NCBI GenBank assembly: GCA_965113315.1
Contig: OZ220363.1
From: Podarcis vaucheri
Lineage: Eukaryota
DNA: 64,000 nucleotides
Reading direction: 5' to 3' (one strand)
The position numbers and the translations under genes are program-made. Shown here piece after piece: positions 34,924-48,103 of the stretch. The number at the start of each line of letters is the position of its first letter. The stretch's first letter is position 1. The notes beneath the pieces were generated by a model, which had not been told where the DNA came from, did not search any database, and saw only the letters and a program-made list of their open reading frames with translations.

Positions 34924-36995
34924 TATGTCACTTGAATGTTGCAAGACACCCAACTGCAGTGACCAAGTGTGTGCATGTATGTAAAATCTTTCTTGTGTAA
35001 CTAGTTGTGGTCAGGCACTAATAGCCTTTTCCTTCTCTTCTTTTTTCTAAATTGAATTCATTTTCCTGGAAGGGAAATACTCACCCTTCTATATTTAGGT
35101 AGAAGATGCATCCCATTTAAGGGAATATTTTTGAGTCTGTTTTGAAAGATCTTGATTCTAATGGATGCTTTCTTCTCTTTCCTTTCCCCCTTAAGCTTAC
35201 CATTTCCAGGTTTATAAGCCTGTAGTAGACTGAAGGGAAGTCGGGACAGAACTCATTCATGAAGAATAAGGTTTCAATGGTTGCTAGCCGCAACGACTGT
35301 TCTGTTGGAGGCGGTGCCTCTGAAACCAGTCAGTGGGAAATGCAGTTGGAGAGAGTGATGTTGAGCTTAGGATCTGCTTGTTGGCTTCCCACAGGATTCT
35401 GCGTGACAGCAGTGAGGACAGAATGCAACCCAAAGCGACATACAACAATAAATAAAATAGCACACATTATTTGTTGTTGCTTTTAACAAACTAGGCAATA
35501 TGTACTTTGGCTGAAACGGTGTGATAGAAAGGATTTGGCATCTGAATATATGCAGAATGCAGTGTTTGACATGTGCAAAGCAGTTATGTTGGCTATTGTA
35601 GCGGGGGGGGGGGTCTCAGCTGTTGCTTGTAGAAGCAGCTAATCCTCTCTAATACACCTGCTATGACTATAATTAAAACCTGCCCAGCAGTGGGTATGAA
35701 GACGTGTGAAGGTTGGGCTGAATCATCAATCTAAAGGTTGTGCAAATTGGCGGTAATGTGATGATCGTTCCATAAGAAGATGATGACTGTTTGTGCCTCC
35801 CTCTATTTCCTTAGCTGCAATTTATTCTATCTATTAAGACAGAGCAGAGCAGGGATGTGGCAGATTGTAAACCTTGCCTGATTCAACTTTCAGACGTCCT
35901 TGTGTCAATGAAGTTAAGAAAATAACTGGACATAGTTCCATTTATCTATTGGATCAAATGTCTTTGGTTAGTTGATTTAGTGCTGATAGTGTGCCGCAAA
36001 CCTGAAATTAAGCTGCAAGTCTCTGCGTATCAAGAGTTGTTTCCTAGCTACAGTGATGCCATTGATGATTAGATAGGCCGCTCTCAAGTTGGCCCCAAAT
36101 CTCACAGCGTTGTGGGTGTGTGGGTGTGTTTTGCCTTTAAGCATTGTGTGATAAAATGGCTTCAGGGTTTAACCAAGAGCATCTAATATAGCTTTACAAA
36201 ACCCCTTTTCTAAGCTGAAGAGGAAATAATGTCTTTCTCCAATTCTGATACCCCAAAGCCTTTGAATTGGAGAAAATTGTTAACCTTTGTAGATTATCAT
36301 GCGATTTGACCTGTGCACATACACATTTATAGACATGATCCATCAACACACACACATACTTGTTGACAGATTTCATAGGCAGAATGCCTGTGTACAAACA
36401 TGTTGATATATACACGTGCAAAGTTCAAAATTCACACCGCCACCTGTGAAGCTTAACTTTCAGAAGATTGCACCCGGAAAGACCCACCTTTGCCACTATA
36501 AGAAGTTGTCCTCTAGGTTGCAATAAAACAGCATCTGGTTCAGGGTTGGTTTATGCAAGCAACAGATGCTACCTTTGGTTTATACTTTTTAAAATGGGAA
36601 GTGAGATCTGGCTTATAGAGTGTGAGTGTGTAAAGCATTTTTGCATTTCAGAAGTAAGCTTAATGTATGTTTTGCCAGGCTATGAATTTATTATGTTTTT
36701 TTTTAAATTGTGTGTGGGAGAAATATTTTTGTTTCTAGATTTCTCTTCCCTCCCTTCTTAAAAGTGTGTGGGCCGATATTGGGCTGAGTTTCTTCTTGTG
36801 AATAGAATGTGATAGTTAAATAATTATTTTTTTTAATGAAGAAGTAAGCCCTACTCTTTAAAAACAAAATGCTGTGTTCTTACCACAGTGAAACAGATGC
36901 CACACTTTAAAAAAGAAGGAAGAAGAAGGTATAATTATGCCAACTGCGAAATCACATAAAGATTTTCTTTACACTTCTTTTTTTATTGCCTTCAG

Positions 36996-37060
36996 CACAT
37001 CAGGTCCACCTATTTGGCCAGGAAGCACCTTTTTCAAGCGAAATGGAGCCCTTCTGCAAG
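36996..37060 (+). CDS. FOXN3: FOXN3 next coding exon (65 nt)
   Basis: tttttttattgccttcAG acceptor and GTAGGT donor. Completes the split Ser codon (AG|C) from the previous exon and reads [21 protein letters not shown], the FOXN3 sequence that follows QAYQS. Phases are consistent (137=45x3+2; 65=1+21x3+1). Confidence 0.96.
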
Positions 37061-38198
37061 GTAGGTCATATATTCCATTTTTCTTCCCTTGACATCTTCC
37101 CTTCTCCCTCCCCGTCATTAATTCTCTTGAGAATTATCATGATTTTCACAAGCTTTCTGGAAAGAAGCTGTGGTGGACTCGTGCGTTTGTGTGTGTGTGT
37201 ATACCACAGATATATAAATATATATATTTTTCTGTGCCTACCTTTATAACATGCAAAACATTTATTGGAAAAGGTTACAGTGTGTCGTGAAGGTGGCTCT
37301 TTTCTTCCTCCCCTCCATCATTGATTTTGTTATCTCCCATTTCTAGCAAAGTCAACAGAGTTTATGCAGGACATGTTCCGGTAACTTTCAATTGTGTTGA
37401 TAAAGATTTGCGCCTGTGCAAAAATAACTTGCAGCAATCGTCTGCCAGCTCTACAGCAGCAGAAGGTGATTGATATAAAGGCACAAAGTCTTCCATTTTT
37501 GAAATTTTGTTATATTCCGACAGTTTCCCCTATTCATTACTGGAGAGATGTGTATATCTGTGAGGCTTCTTTTTCCCATTCAGAATAATCTTAACTAGTA
37601 CATTATGCATTTGTAACTTGGAAATTGGATCTGATGCAACTTGGAGCATCACTTTCATGCTTGTGTGCGTGTGCCACATTCTGAATCATAATTGTAATCC
37701 GATCTAGACTCGGGTTATCTTTTGGGTATAGTATTATCAGCTGTACTTCCAGGCTGCTATTCTGTGAAATTTGATTGCACATATCAATAGATCTGCCTAT
37801 CTTTCCATAACTCTTGGGAGGCAGTAATCATAACACGTTACCAAAATCTGGCAGCCAACTATGGCTACTGCTTCATTTGCATTTAGAAAAGACAAGGAGG
37901 CTAATTTTCTAGATTAATGGAGGTACTTGTCTTTTGTGTTTTTCCATGGATTGCATTTGCTGAAAATGTCTGTAAATATCAGGTTGTAGTGATAGATTAC
38001 ATAGTACTTTATGGAGATGATGATGCTTAAATGAACTTGATGCCAAATGAAAATTTGAAGCCCAGCCTCTCACACCTGATGCAAAAGCAGCACTCAAAAC
38101 AGGGAAACAGCCATGTTTTAAGCAAGCGATTATTATCTATACATAAGGCACAGTGATCACGGTTCCATATCCAAAGTAAGATTACCATTTTGGCTTTA

Positions 38199-38429
38199 CA
38201 GTGGTACCTCGGATTACATACACTTCAGGTTACATACGCTTCAGGTTACAGACTCCGCTAACCCAGAAATATTACCTCAGGTTAAGAACTTTGCCTCAGG
38301 ATGAGAACAGAAATCATGTGGCGGCAGCAAGGGACCCCATTAGCTAAAGTGGTGCTTCAGGTTAAGAACAGTTTCAGGTTAAGAACAGACCTCCAGAACG
38401 AATTAAGTACTTAACCTGAGGTACCACTG
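38199..38429 (+). mobile_element. Tigger-like MITE
   Basis: CAGTGGTACCTC TIR with TA TSD. Confidence 0.9.
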
Positions 38430-41367
38430 TATAGCCTTGGAATGTGAACGCAAAGTCTGGGGGACTCATTAGCCACCGTTTCAGCTGTATTTTCCCCTTT
38501 AAGCTATTTATAGATTGCAGTTCATCCAAAAATACCACAGTGCTTCACAAATTTTAAAAAGCACCTAACGAAAACACCACTAAAATAATGCAAAACCATG
38601 CAAAATAAAACCCAAACAGCCGAACAATGAAGCAGCAGCAGCACATACCAAAAATAGCACGGTTGTCTAGCAATAGCTGGCCAGCATACGGCCAAGATGA
38701 CCCATGTTACAATCTGTGGCTGGGAAAGTTTTGTTTTGATATTTTCACTCTTCTAGTCCATAGAACGGACTGCCCTGAAAACACATTCAGATTTCTTGTG
38801 TGTGCCATATTACAGACTGGTTTACAAATGGCTCTCTCCTCTTGTTTTCCCCACCCCCACCCCAGCTCACCTCTCCACACCAAATTGTAAGAACTTAATA
38901 TTGTGGATTAGGAGGAAATGGAAGGTGAATCAGAGTTTGGATGCTCAATGAAATGGGTCGGTTTGAGCAGCTAGCCAGGTTGAAATTCAATAACTACTGT
39001 AGAATCCTGGGAATATGAATGTGTTAAATTAAGTACCAGGCATGTTTTCGTCATTTAGAGGAATAAGCACATCTGGGCTTTTATTAGTTTAGAATTCTAG
39101 TTCATTTGGACTAGGCTAGAGTGCAGTATCTAAAGAAGGCTGAATTTTAGCAACTGTGCCTTCCACCATCCATCATGTGGCACGTGCAGGAACAGCTGCC
39201 TAACCCAAAATTCTCACCTTAGGACAACAATAAGGGCATAAAGCCTTATTTTATAAATGAAGGCATAAAACCATTGTCTTGGCAGACATCTTGACAATCG
39301 TATTTTCAGCTATGTGCCAAAAAACTATTTTATATATTAATGATGATGGCAGTGTTCAAATGCCTCCTGTGAAAAATGCTACTCTGTGAAATTCAAGTAA
39401 CAATAAGACCTCGAGTCATAAGACCTCGAGGGCAATACGTATAAATAAAACAAATCATTCTTTAAAAAGTGTACAGCTTCTCCCACACCAATAATTATTT
39501 TTTCTAGGGATTGTGGATGAAACAACCCAAATTTGTATATATGTATGTGTGTGCATATATTTAATTTTTATTTGTATTCATTTATATTGTCTTTATTTTT
39601 TATTTTTTATTATTTTATGTTACTGAATTACATGTTCTTGCATTTATTTATTTATATACAATCTTATTTGAGCTCAGTGCTGCCTCACAGTAATTTGAGG
39701 GAGGTTCATAGCAGTGGCTGGTTATAACAAGCAGAGTCCTTGCTCATTCCAGCATGTGTGTGTGTGTGTGTGTTGAAAATATAGATCGGCAAATCAAAGC
39801 AATACAATCAGTCTTATATAGTCAGCAGCCTCAGGGTACTTCCCATTGAATATGATACATCCGTTTTTACTAGGAATTATCCAGAATCATAAACACATGG
39901 TACACACAAACACACACAAATACACACAAAAAAGAAGGAACACTGTGAAAGATTTTGAAGTCCTACAAATAGATTCCCTTGGAACGTTCATATGGTCAGT
40001 AAAACACATTAACATTGCATGTATTCTCTCCAGTTGTGTTACTGACTGCTACCACGCTTTTGCAGTCTTTTGGCAATATTTCAGACTTACAGTTCTGCAT
40101 TTTCAGTTATTGATATAAAATAATTATTGGCTGAGCATTAAATAACCAACCAGTGTCACCATCTTCCTTGTAAAGTTGCTGTTCAAAGCCCAAGTACTGA
40201 TGGAGTGATATTAAAAGAGACATTTCCAGTGTCAGCTTCATGATTAAATATTTGGTGGATTACCGGTAGTCCTGTTTTGGGTTACCATTGGAAGAGAGGT
40301 CAAAGTTTGTGTTATCCATGTCCTTGCAATGAACCTAGATTTAAACACCTCAGAAAGCTTTACTGAGACTGCACTTCTTTTCACACTTGCCTGGAAATGA
40401 ACTACAATGAGCACAGTGGGATGTGAGCAAAGCTCTGAGTAAACATGGATAGGATTGCGTTTTCCATGCATGCGTGTATGCATAAGTACATGGACTTTTG
40501 TATAGCTTGCAGTTGAATGGATGAGAGCTGTGCAGGCTGTTGAAGAGACGTGTTCCTTGTCCAATATGATTATGGTCAAAGTAGGCAGAACATAGTATCA
40601 GGAGAAGGGAAGAGTGGTGCAGCACAGCAAGAACCATGGATGGAACAAGACTCGGCTCGAACTATGATTTTCTGGTGATTAGGACAGTTCGTTCCTGTGA
40701 TAAAAATCTGCGTCTTGAGACTTTCTAACACCCGTATTCTTCTGCACATTTGGAACAGGATGAAAAGGTACAGAGGTGAACATTGAAGAAAATGTCAAGG
40801 AACGTAGAACTGGATCTGATCTGTAATACATCTAAAATAAATGTTAATAGGGCAGAGCATTTTTAATAGGTCGGTATTTTAAGTTCAGCAGTGAAGGTAG
40901 AGGTATTCTTGTTAGCACAGTAGCAGGTTTAAATATCAAAGGGATTGGCCTTGGTACAATGGTCTCTTACTTAAAAATATTTCGCTTACCCATATTCGAA
41001 TGCTAAGTTCTTACTACTAGATTGGCTGTTCATCCAGTGGCCCTAACAACATCTATTCAGGTAAGAAAACCACCAGATTCCTGTGGAGTGGCAGATTTTC
41101 ACCAAGTCTATATTACAGTGAATGTTGGTCAAAACTAATGACTGGCTACTTGTGTTTATTTCACTGTGGCTTTAGGCAGAGTGGTTGCAATTGGAGGGAT
41201 AACTTGAGCAGGCTGCACAGATCCTGCGGAAAGTTTTTGAAATAGAAATGTAATTATTTTCCTCTTGATTACGGTAATTGGATATTACATTGGTACATGG
41301 ATGAGGTGGTATTTGGTTTAAAGGGGCTTTTATTAGGTTTAAGTGATATTTTTGTGAGAAATAAAAT

Positions 41368-41729
41368 AGGAGGTTAAGGGGTGATATGATAGCCATGTTC
41401 AAATATATAAAAGGATGTCACATAGAGGAGGGAGAAAGGTTGTTTTCTGCTGCTCCGGAGAAGCGGACACGGAGCAATGGATCCAAACTACAAGAAAGAA
41501 GATTCCACCTAAACATTAGGAAGAACTTCCTGACAGTAAGAGCTGTTCGACAGTGGAATTTGCTGCCAAGGAGTGTGGTGGAGTCTCCTACTTTGGAGGT
41601 CTTTAAGCAGAGGCTTGACAACCATATGTCAGGAGTGCTCTGATGGTGTTTCCTGCTTGGCAGGGGGTTGGACTCGATGGCCCTTGTGGTCTCTTCCAAC
41701 TCTATGATTCTATGATTCTATGATTCTAT
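41368..41729 (+). mobile_element. 5'-truncated CR1 LINE (young subfamily)
   Basis: ORF 41386-41643 is identical in protein to the C-terminus of 60226-60855; (TCTATGAT)n tail. Confidence 0.95.
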
Positions 41730-44700
41730 ATGAATAGTAGTAGCATTGTGAAATACATTTCCTTGTAACCAATTTACGATTGCAGAAATTTTAAAAGGGT
41801 ACCCATTTTTTAATAAAACAATCCCGTCTTGATACTGTTTCCTTAACACCAATATAGGTGTATTCCTTCCTCATTTATTGCTTGGGATTTTTTTCTTGCT
41901 TTCAATATTTAGCATATACCACTCGAGCTACGAGTTGCTCAAAAGTAGGCCATCATTCATGTAAGTCAATAGCATCTAGATTTACAATGTATCCTGAAAT
42001 CTTTATTCTACTATAATTTTTGGTGATTATTTTTTTAAAAAACAAGAAGTTCTTGGCTGACAGCAGTGTTTCTTTTTCTTTAGCCTTTTTGCTGATTTCT
42101 CCCATAGGTTGTCACCTAGCATTTTCTTCTCTGGTCTTCTCTGTTAAAGTACAGTTTTGTTCCTTTGGTTAAAACTCTGTGCCAAAATATGTTTAAATTG
42201 TGTCTCTTTAGCAGATGCATATTAATTTAGTCTGTTAACTTTGAATCATTGATTTGCAAAACATGGTCAAGGAAGAGCACCACTGGGGCTTCACATGTAC
42301 CATCCTAAATCTTCACATAAATTACTTTGGTTCCTTGGCATGATACAGACGAAAATGTAAATATGCTAACTCATCCCAATAATTGTTTTGCCATGACAGA
42401 AAACATGGCCTCCATGGTGGAACCTCAGTTTTGAAGCTCCCTTTCTTTTGAAGATACAGCTGCCTTCTGCACTCACGATTTTTAGGCGACAACTGAGGAC
42501 GCATATTTCCCCCCACAGCCCTTTGAAGGTGGATTATGAGTCTAGCATGGCTTTGGTTTGCATCCGCTGCTGAATTATGGAATGATTTTAAGGGTATATT
42601 AACTTGATTTTAAAGTTTGTTCTTTTCTGTCCGTTGCACTGCCATCCTCCAGGATGAAGGGTAGTCTTAAAATATAATAAAATATAGGAAATGTTGTGTT
42701 GTGTTTTAACTATGGTCATTAGTAAGATGGGGCAAAATGGAAGGGGTGGCTAGGGTGGGACAGACAGTTTTCAGCAGTAGGAAGCATAATATCCTATCTG
42801 TTTTTCTGCCCTTCCTTGAGGAAGTGTGCAGTAATGTACATAGGGCTATTCCATTTTGTCTTCACAATTTCTCTTGTGAGATGCCGTAAGCTTAGATAGA
42901 ATGGTTTGCCCAAGTGAGTTTCATGCCTCCTGCAAGTTGTTTGTGGTTGTGTTCACTTTACTGTCTGGTGGAGGGTAGGCGGTAGACTCCCCCCAACCTG
43001 AGCTGTGCTCCGTGGAACTTTTGTGTTCCATGCCATCTTTTCAGCAGAATTATTGAAGGCTTCCTGTTCCGCAGCAAAGAGTGGAATGATGGGAAATTCC
43101 CCACACAGTTAAATCCAGAGGACACAGGTGTGGCCATGACAATGTGAGATGGGGGTGATTTGTCTTAGCAGAGGCAGGCTGAATTCATTGGAAAGAAAAA
43201 AGGTGACAGGACAGAATATCAGAATGCCACAAATGCATGTTTATAGGTGTGCAAATGTGATAGCTCTGCAGTCAACACACCATCCTAATACCGTTTCTTG
43301 AGGCAGCCAGTGATGCTTCTGGCGTTTACTGGGATTTTGGACAGTTTAAGAACTAGCTGCATCTTCAGGATCATAATATAGCTAAGCTGGCTACAAGGCA
43401 AAAACATTCTTCACTCATTTCAAAACTCTGTCTGAGTTTGATTTGTGTATCAGCTGACTACCGTAGCCACTTGTGAATGCCTCTGGGCAAAGTTTGCTGC
43501 CTTTGTTTACATTACCTTGACAACCGAGGGGAGTGGTTGGTACTTCAGGTCAGGTCAGGGTACACCACAAACGTTAGGTAGGGGTGTAGTTATCTTGAAG
43601 CCAGGGCTCCTGGATGAAGTGTTGAGCAGGAAAAGGAAAAGGAAAACACTAGCTTTGCTGAAATGCATGATGAAAAATAGTTTTGCTGATGACAACATTG
43701 TTCTTTGCAAGCCCTTGCCCAGCCTCTCTGATGTTGTAATCTAAAAAGGGCTGTGGGAAAGCAAATAAAAATTATATGCTTAGATCATGGGAAAGCATAA
43801 GGTAGAGCAACATCTATAGAAATCTGAAATAGGGTAATTAAATGGTTTGTTCGCTGTGGCCACATTTGGTCTAAAAGAAGTAATATGTTTGTTAACTCCT
43901 TTTCCAAGCAGGTTCACTGGTGCTAGCCATGTGTTTAAATCGGTGTGTGATTTATAACTGCATCCAAGGCATGTTCCTTCTTTATTTTTGGTGGCAGATA
44001 ATTGATGCAGTAAAACAGGTAGTTGGGCTGCCTTGTCTTTCGATTTTCCGTCCTTAACTGTGACCTGAAAAAAAATGGTGACAGCGTTCAAGCACATGCA
44101 AGCCATGCGTTTGTAGTTTCTTTTTCCTCGTTTCAAATGAACTCAGAATATTTTTCTCCCAAGGTTCGTATATGCTAAAGTCTGTGCGTTCTAAACTCTT
44201 GGTAACTGGGGCTTGCTTTATTTTTGAAACAGCACTCTCCTCACCTGTGATACCAAGCATCCGTCTCCAGAGGCATACTGCGCTGTCACTTCTAATCCTA
44301 AACATTTATGCTGGCATAGTGATGATCAAAACATATCACGATTTGCAGCGATTTACCAGTGCTGTAGTCTGAAGGCCTGATCCAATGCAAGTTACAGCAT
44401 TTGGGGTGTTTAGTGTTTTTATGAAACTTCTCTCAAGCAAGCAGTGCAACACTGTTGTTGTTTTTTAATGGACGTACAGAAAAGTTGTACTTGCATGCTC
44501 AACCTCGGGCAAAAATGCAAAAAAAAGTAGTGTATCCCATCAGTACTGTGTCTAGACAACCTGCTTATTAAGCATTCATTTTGATTTGTTTGCAGGAAGG
44601 AAATAAGACATTGCATCAAAGGAAGTGTTACCCAACACTTTCCAGTGTATTTTCCTGTCACTTATCCTTACTGCAAAAAATCCAATATTTTGGAGAAGTA

Positions 44701-46482
44701 GATTTCTTGAGAAAGAGCTCCCAGCCAGTGATAATTGTGCAACCTGAGTTTGCTGGTATATGATTGCATCCCACCCAAAAATAGCACCAGTCTGGAAGCA
44801 CCCAGGTGTAAGGAACACATGTTTGTAGAGAAAATTGTGTGGCTTTTAAATTACTTTGAAACAGCAGCCAGGAAACCGTAGCTTCTGAGTCGCCACCCTC
44901 TTTTCTTCTTCTTTGAAGGACACCTAAATCTGTGGCTTGGACCCTGATAAATTTTCTACCCCTTCCTACCCCTGCAGCTGTCTATACCATCCATGGGGCC
45001 ACTCTTGACCAATGTGAAATGACTAGGAGAGGATACTGCCAGAGGGGGAAGCTGCCCGAAATTGGATGTTGCTATTCCTGGTTTTAGGGCAATTCCCACC
45101 TTCCACAGCAGCTCTTCCATGGTCCCATTGCACAGGAGCCACCACTTCCCAGTACAATGAAGAGAGATTTTCATGGGTGCAGGTGGCTGGGGGTGGGGTG
45201 GGGTGGAGAAGGGATCAGAAAACTGTCTTTCCATTCACCATAGTTATTATGCATGGCCATCACTCCTGGTGGATTACACATGTAGATTATACTTGAGTGT
45301 GTCCACCAGACATAAAGGGAGGCCTTAATTACAGATAGATTCACTAACCATTACTTGGTTTTAGTTCATGTAGTTGAAGTGCTGTAAGTGATTTATTCCT
45401 ATCAAACAACCACCACCACAACAACAGCCAACACCAGTGAAAGATTTTCAGAGCTCTTATCTCTTGCACCAAGTAATAAAGGTGAGGAGGTTAGTTTAAC
45501 AAATGCCCTCTTTAATATCTGCATCTGAAGCCAACGCTACTTTCCTGCACCACAATTTGTTCATGGTAGACATCAGTAGAAGATAAGATCGGTGGCAGCT
45601 GCGGTAGCATAGTGGCTGAAAAACGGAGCCATAAATCTTGAAGTCTCTGGTTTGAGTCTCACCTCTGCCACAAATTCAGTAGGTAGCCTTAGGCTGGTCA
45701 TGCTCTCTCGGTTATGGGAGGTAATAATACTGCCTTGCCTTGCAGTGTTGCTGCAGCAATTGCAACCTGATAAAGCTGGTGAACCTTTTTGAACAGTCTT
45801 TGCAATATGCATTTAATGAACAGAATCAAAATTGGAAAGGATGCCCAAGGGAATTTAGTGCAACCCCTTGTTGTTATTGTTGTTCGTATTATTATACTAT
45901 TAGTATGATCTGAAAGCATATGGAGCCACCACTTGGCTGAAGCTAAGCAGTTCTGGGTCTGGTTGGTGCGTGGATGGGTTCCATGGTGGAAGGAAGATGG
46001 GACATAAATGTAAGAAGAAAAGTAAAAAAAAATGTTCACCTGAAGTTAAATAGCAGACTTGTGCCAGAGGGAAGCTGCCTCTCAAGTCATGGGACCAAAA
46101 TAATTCCAGCAAGGTTCAGTTCAGATCCTTTATGGTGATTGTTGTGTTTGTTACACTAGTTTCCATGAGACTTGGCATCACTGCACTCCTCCTCCAAAGA
46201 ACTTGCCATTTTACCTGTAACTGTTACAGTATGTAATTATAGAGTTCTAAGACAGTATTTTAGAAACTTTGCTGCTGTTGTACTGAGGAATTTATTTTAC
46301 ACTGACAACACCCAGTTGCTCTTGGTGATTATCTCTCTTTCTTTTCTCAGCAAAGACAACATCCAAACAGGGATTGCTGTTGTGTTTGTTACTGTTAAGA
46401 TATTAATATATTGCATTAATCAACCTGGACTATGTATAAAGTTTAGTGTCAAATTTGCTCTCAAATGAAAGCCTGCTGCTTA

Positions 46483-46896
46483 CCGTATTTTTCGCCCTAT
46501 AGGACGCACTTTTCCCCCTCCAAAAATGAAGGGGAAATCTGGGTGCGTCCTATGGGGCGAATACAGGCTTTCGCTAATGCTTGGAGAGCGAGAGGGGTCG
46601 GTGCGCACCAACCCCTCTCGCTCCCCAGGCTTCAGGAAGCCTGGGGAGCCCGCGGGAGTTCCCGCAGGGCTCCCCACGCTGCGGATAGCAGCCTGCCACC
46701 CGGCGCGCAGCGCGCCCTTAAGCAGAGCGCCCCTCGTGCCGGGCAGACATCCGCAGCATCAGGAGCCCTGCGGGAGTTGTTCCCCGACCTGGTTTTTTTT
46801 GGGGGGAAATAAAGGGAAATTTTTTTCCTTTATTTCCCCCCAAAAAAACTAGGTGCGTCCTATGGGACAGAGCGTTCTATGGGACGAAAAATATGG
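46483..46896 (+). mobile_element. TcMar-Tc2-like MITE with GC-rich hairpin core
   Basis: TA|CCGTATTTTTCG...CGAAAAATATGG|TA. Confidence 0.87.
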
Positions 46897-47229
46897 TACT
46901 TTATTTCTACCCTGTAGGGTGCTGCTTTGACCTTTAACATATATATATATATGAAAATCTTCTTCACTCTCGTTCCACACATTTTGTGATGGCTGGATTT
47001 TAGAACACCTTTTGGGTTCCAAGCTGAAACTGATACTATTGGCGCATTCCAGTAAACCATATTTTCCCCTCATTAGCGTTGTGTCTGAACCAGGGATCTT
47101 GATTTTTGTTCCTTAAAAAGCCACAATCAGTAAATTTAGAACAAATATTGGCTGGCAGAGAGAAGTGAACTAACTCTGATGTCCAAACACACCAAGTGGC
47201 CATATTTGCATGTAACACCATGTTTAGCA

Positions 47230-47365
47230 CAGGCATCCCCAACCTTTGGCTCTCCAGATGTTTTGGACTACAATTCCCATCATCTCTGGCCACTGGTCCT
47301 GTTAGCAAGGGATCATGGGAGTTGTAGGCGAAAACATCTGGAGGGCCGCAGGTTGGGGATGCCTG
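47230..47365. mobile_element. hAT foldback MITE
   Basis: CAGGCATCCCCAACCT...AGGTTGGGGATGCCTG; perfect TSD GTTTAGCA. Confidence 0.9.
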
Positions 47366-48023
47366 GTTTAGCAGGAACGTGCTGTCTTCCAGGGAGGAGA
47401 TCACAGCTGTGTGACTTAATCTGTCATCTGAACCTGGGGGTCGTGGTTAAGCTCTCTTCTCTCTAAGTAAGATTTGTAACTAAAGTTTGTTCTTGGCTTA
47501 GCTTCCACTCAGTGCTGAGTTATAAGGACCAAGGATGAACAAAACAAGTGTGAGCTCCTCCTTGGGAGTCAGCACATTTGTGTAGTCTCAGTAAGCCATA
47601 GTTTGTCTTACCAGGACATGTGAACCAGACCAATGTATGCAATGTTAAGAGTGCAGTCCTTTTTTTCTTTTTTCAACTTGTATATATATTGAAAGGCATA
47701 TGATACAGTTGTGGTTGTTGTTTTTTTAAAGTGGATGTGCATCTAAAATTTGGAAAATGTGGATGTATTGAATGCTACGCTATTCTAGGCATGTTACATA
47801 TGATTAAGGTTTGTGATAACTGATGCAGAAATTGAGTTCAGTGCAGAAAATGGATGCATAAATAGATTGTCCTTATTTGCAAATAATACTCTATTGATGT
47901 ATACACCTTTTTAATAATAGCACAACAGTGGGAGAGGTTTTGTACACCAAAATTAGAAGTTATCAAGACACCACAGTTATCTCTTTGATGTGCAATAGAA
48001 CCCTTTTTCCAACCACATCTTGC

Positions 48024-48103
48024 ACCAAGATATTAGAAACTTGACTCCCACCTTATATTAGGGACCAAGATATTAGAAACTTGACTCCCACCTTATATTA
48101 GGG
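48024..48103. repeat. perfect 40-bp tandem duplication
   Basis: ACCAAGATATTAGAAACTTGACTCCCACCTTATATTAGGG x2. Confidence 0.95.

Larger units (their letters stand above)
5857..36995 (+). other. FOXN3: FOXN3 intron, GT-AG, 31,139 nt
   Basis: Canonical splice sites joining two consecutive in-frame FOXN3 exons. Confidence 0.9.

Noticed and set aside
36986-37249. 87-aa ORF overlapping the 65-nt exon
   Set aside because: Different frame from FOXN3 and runs through the donor site into low-complexity intron.
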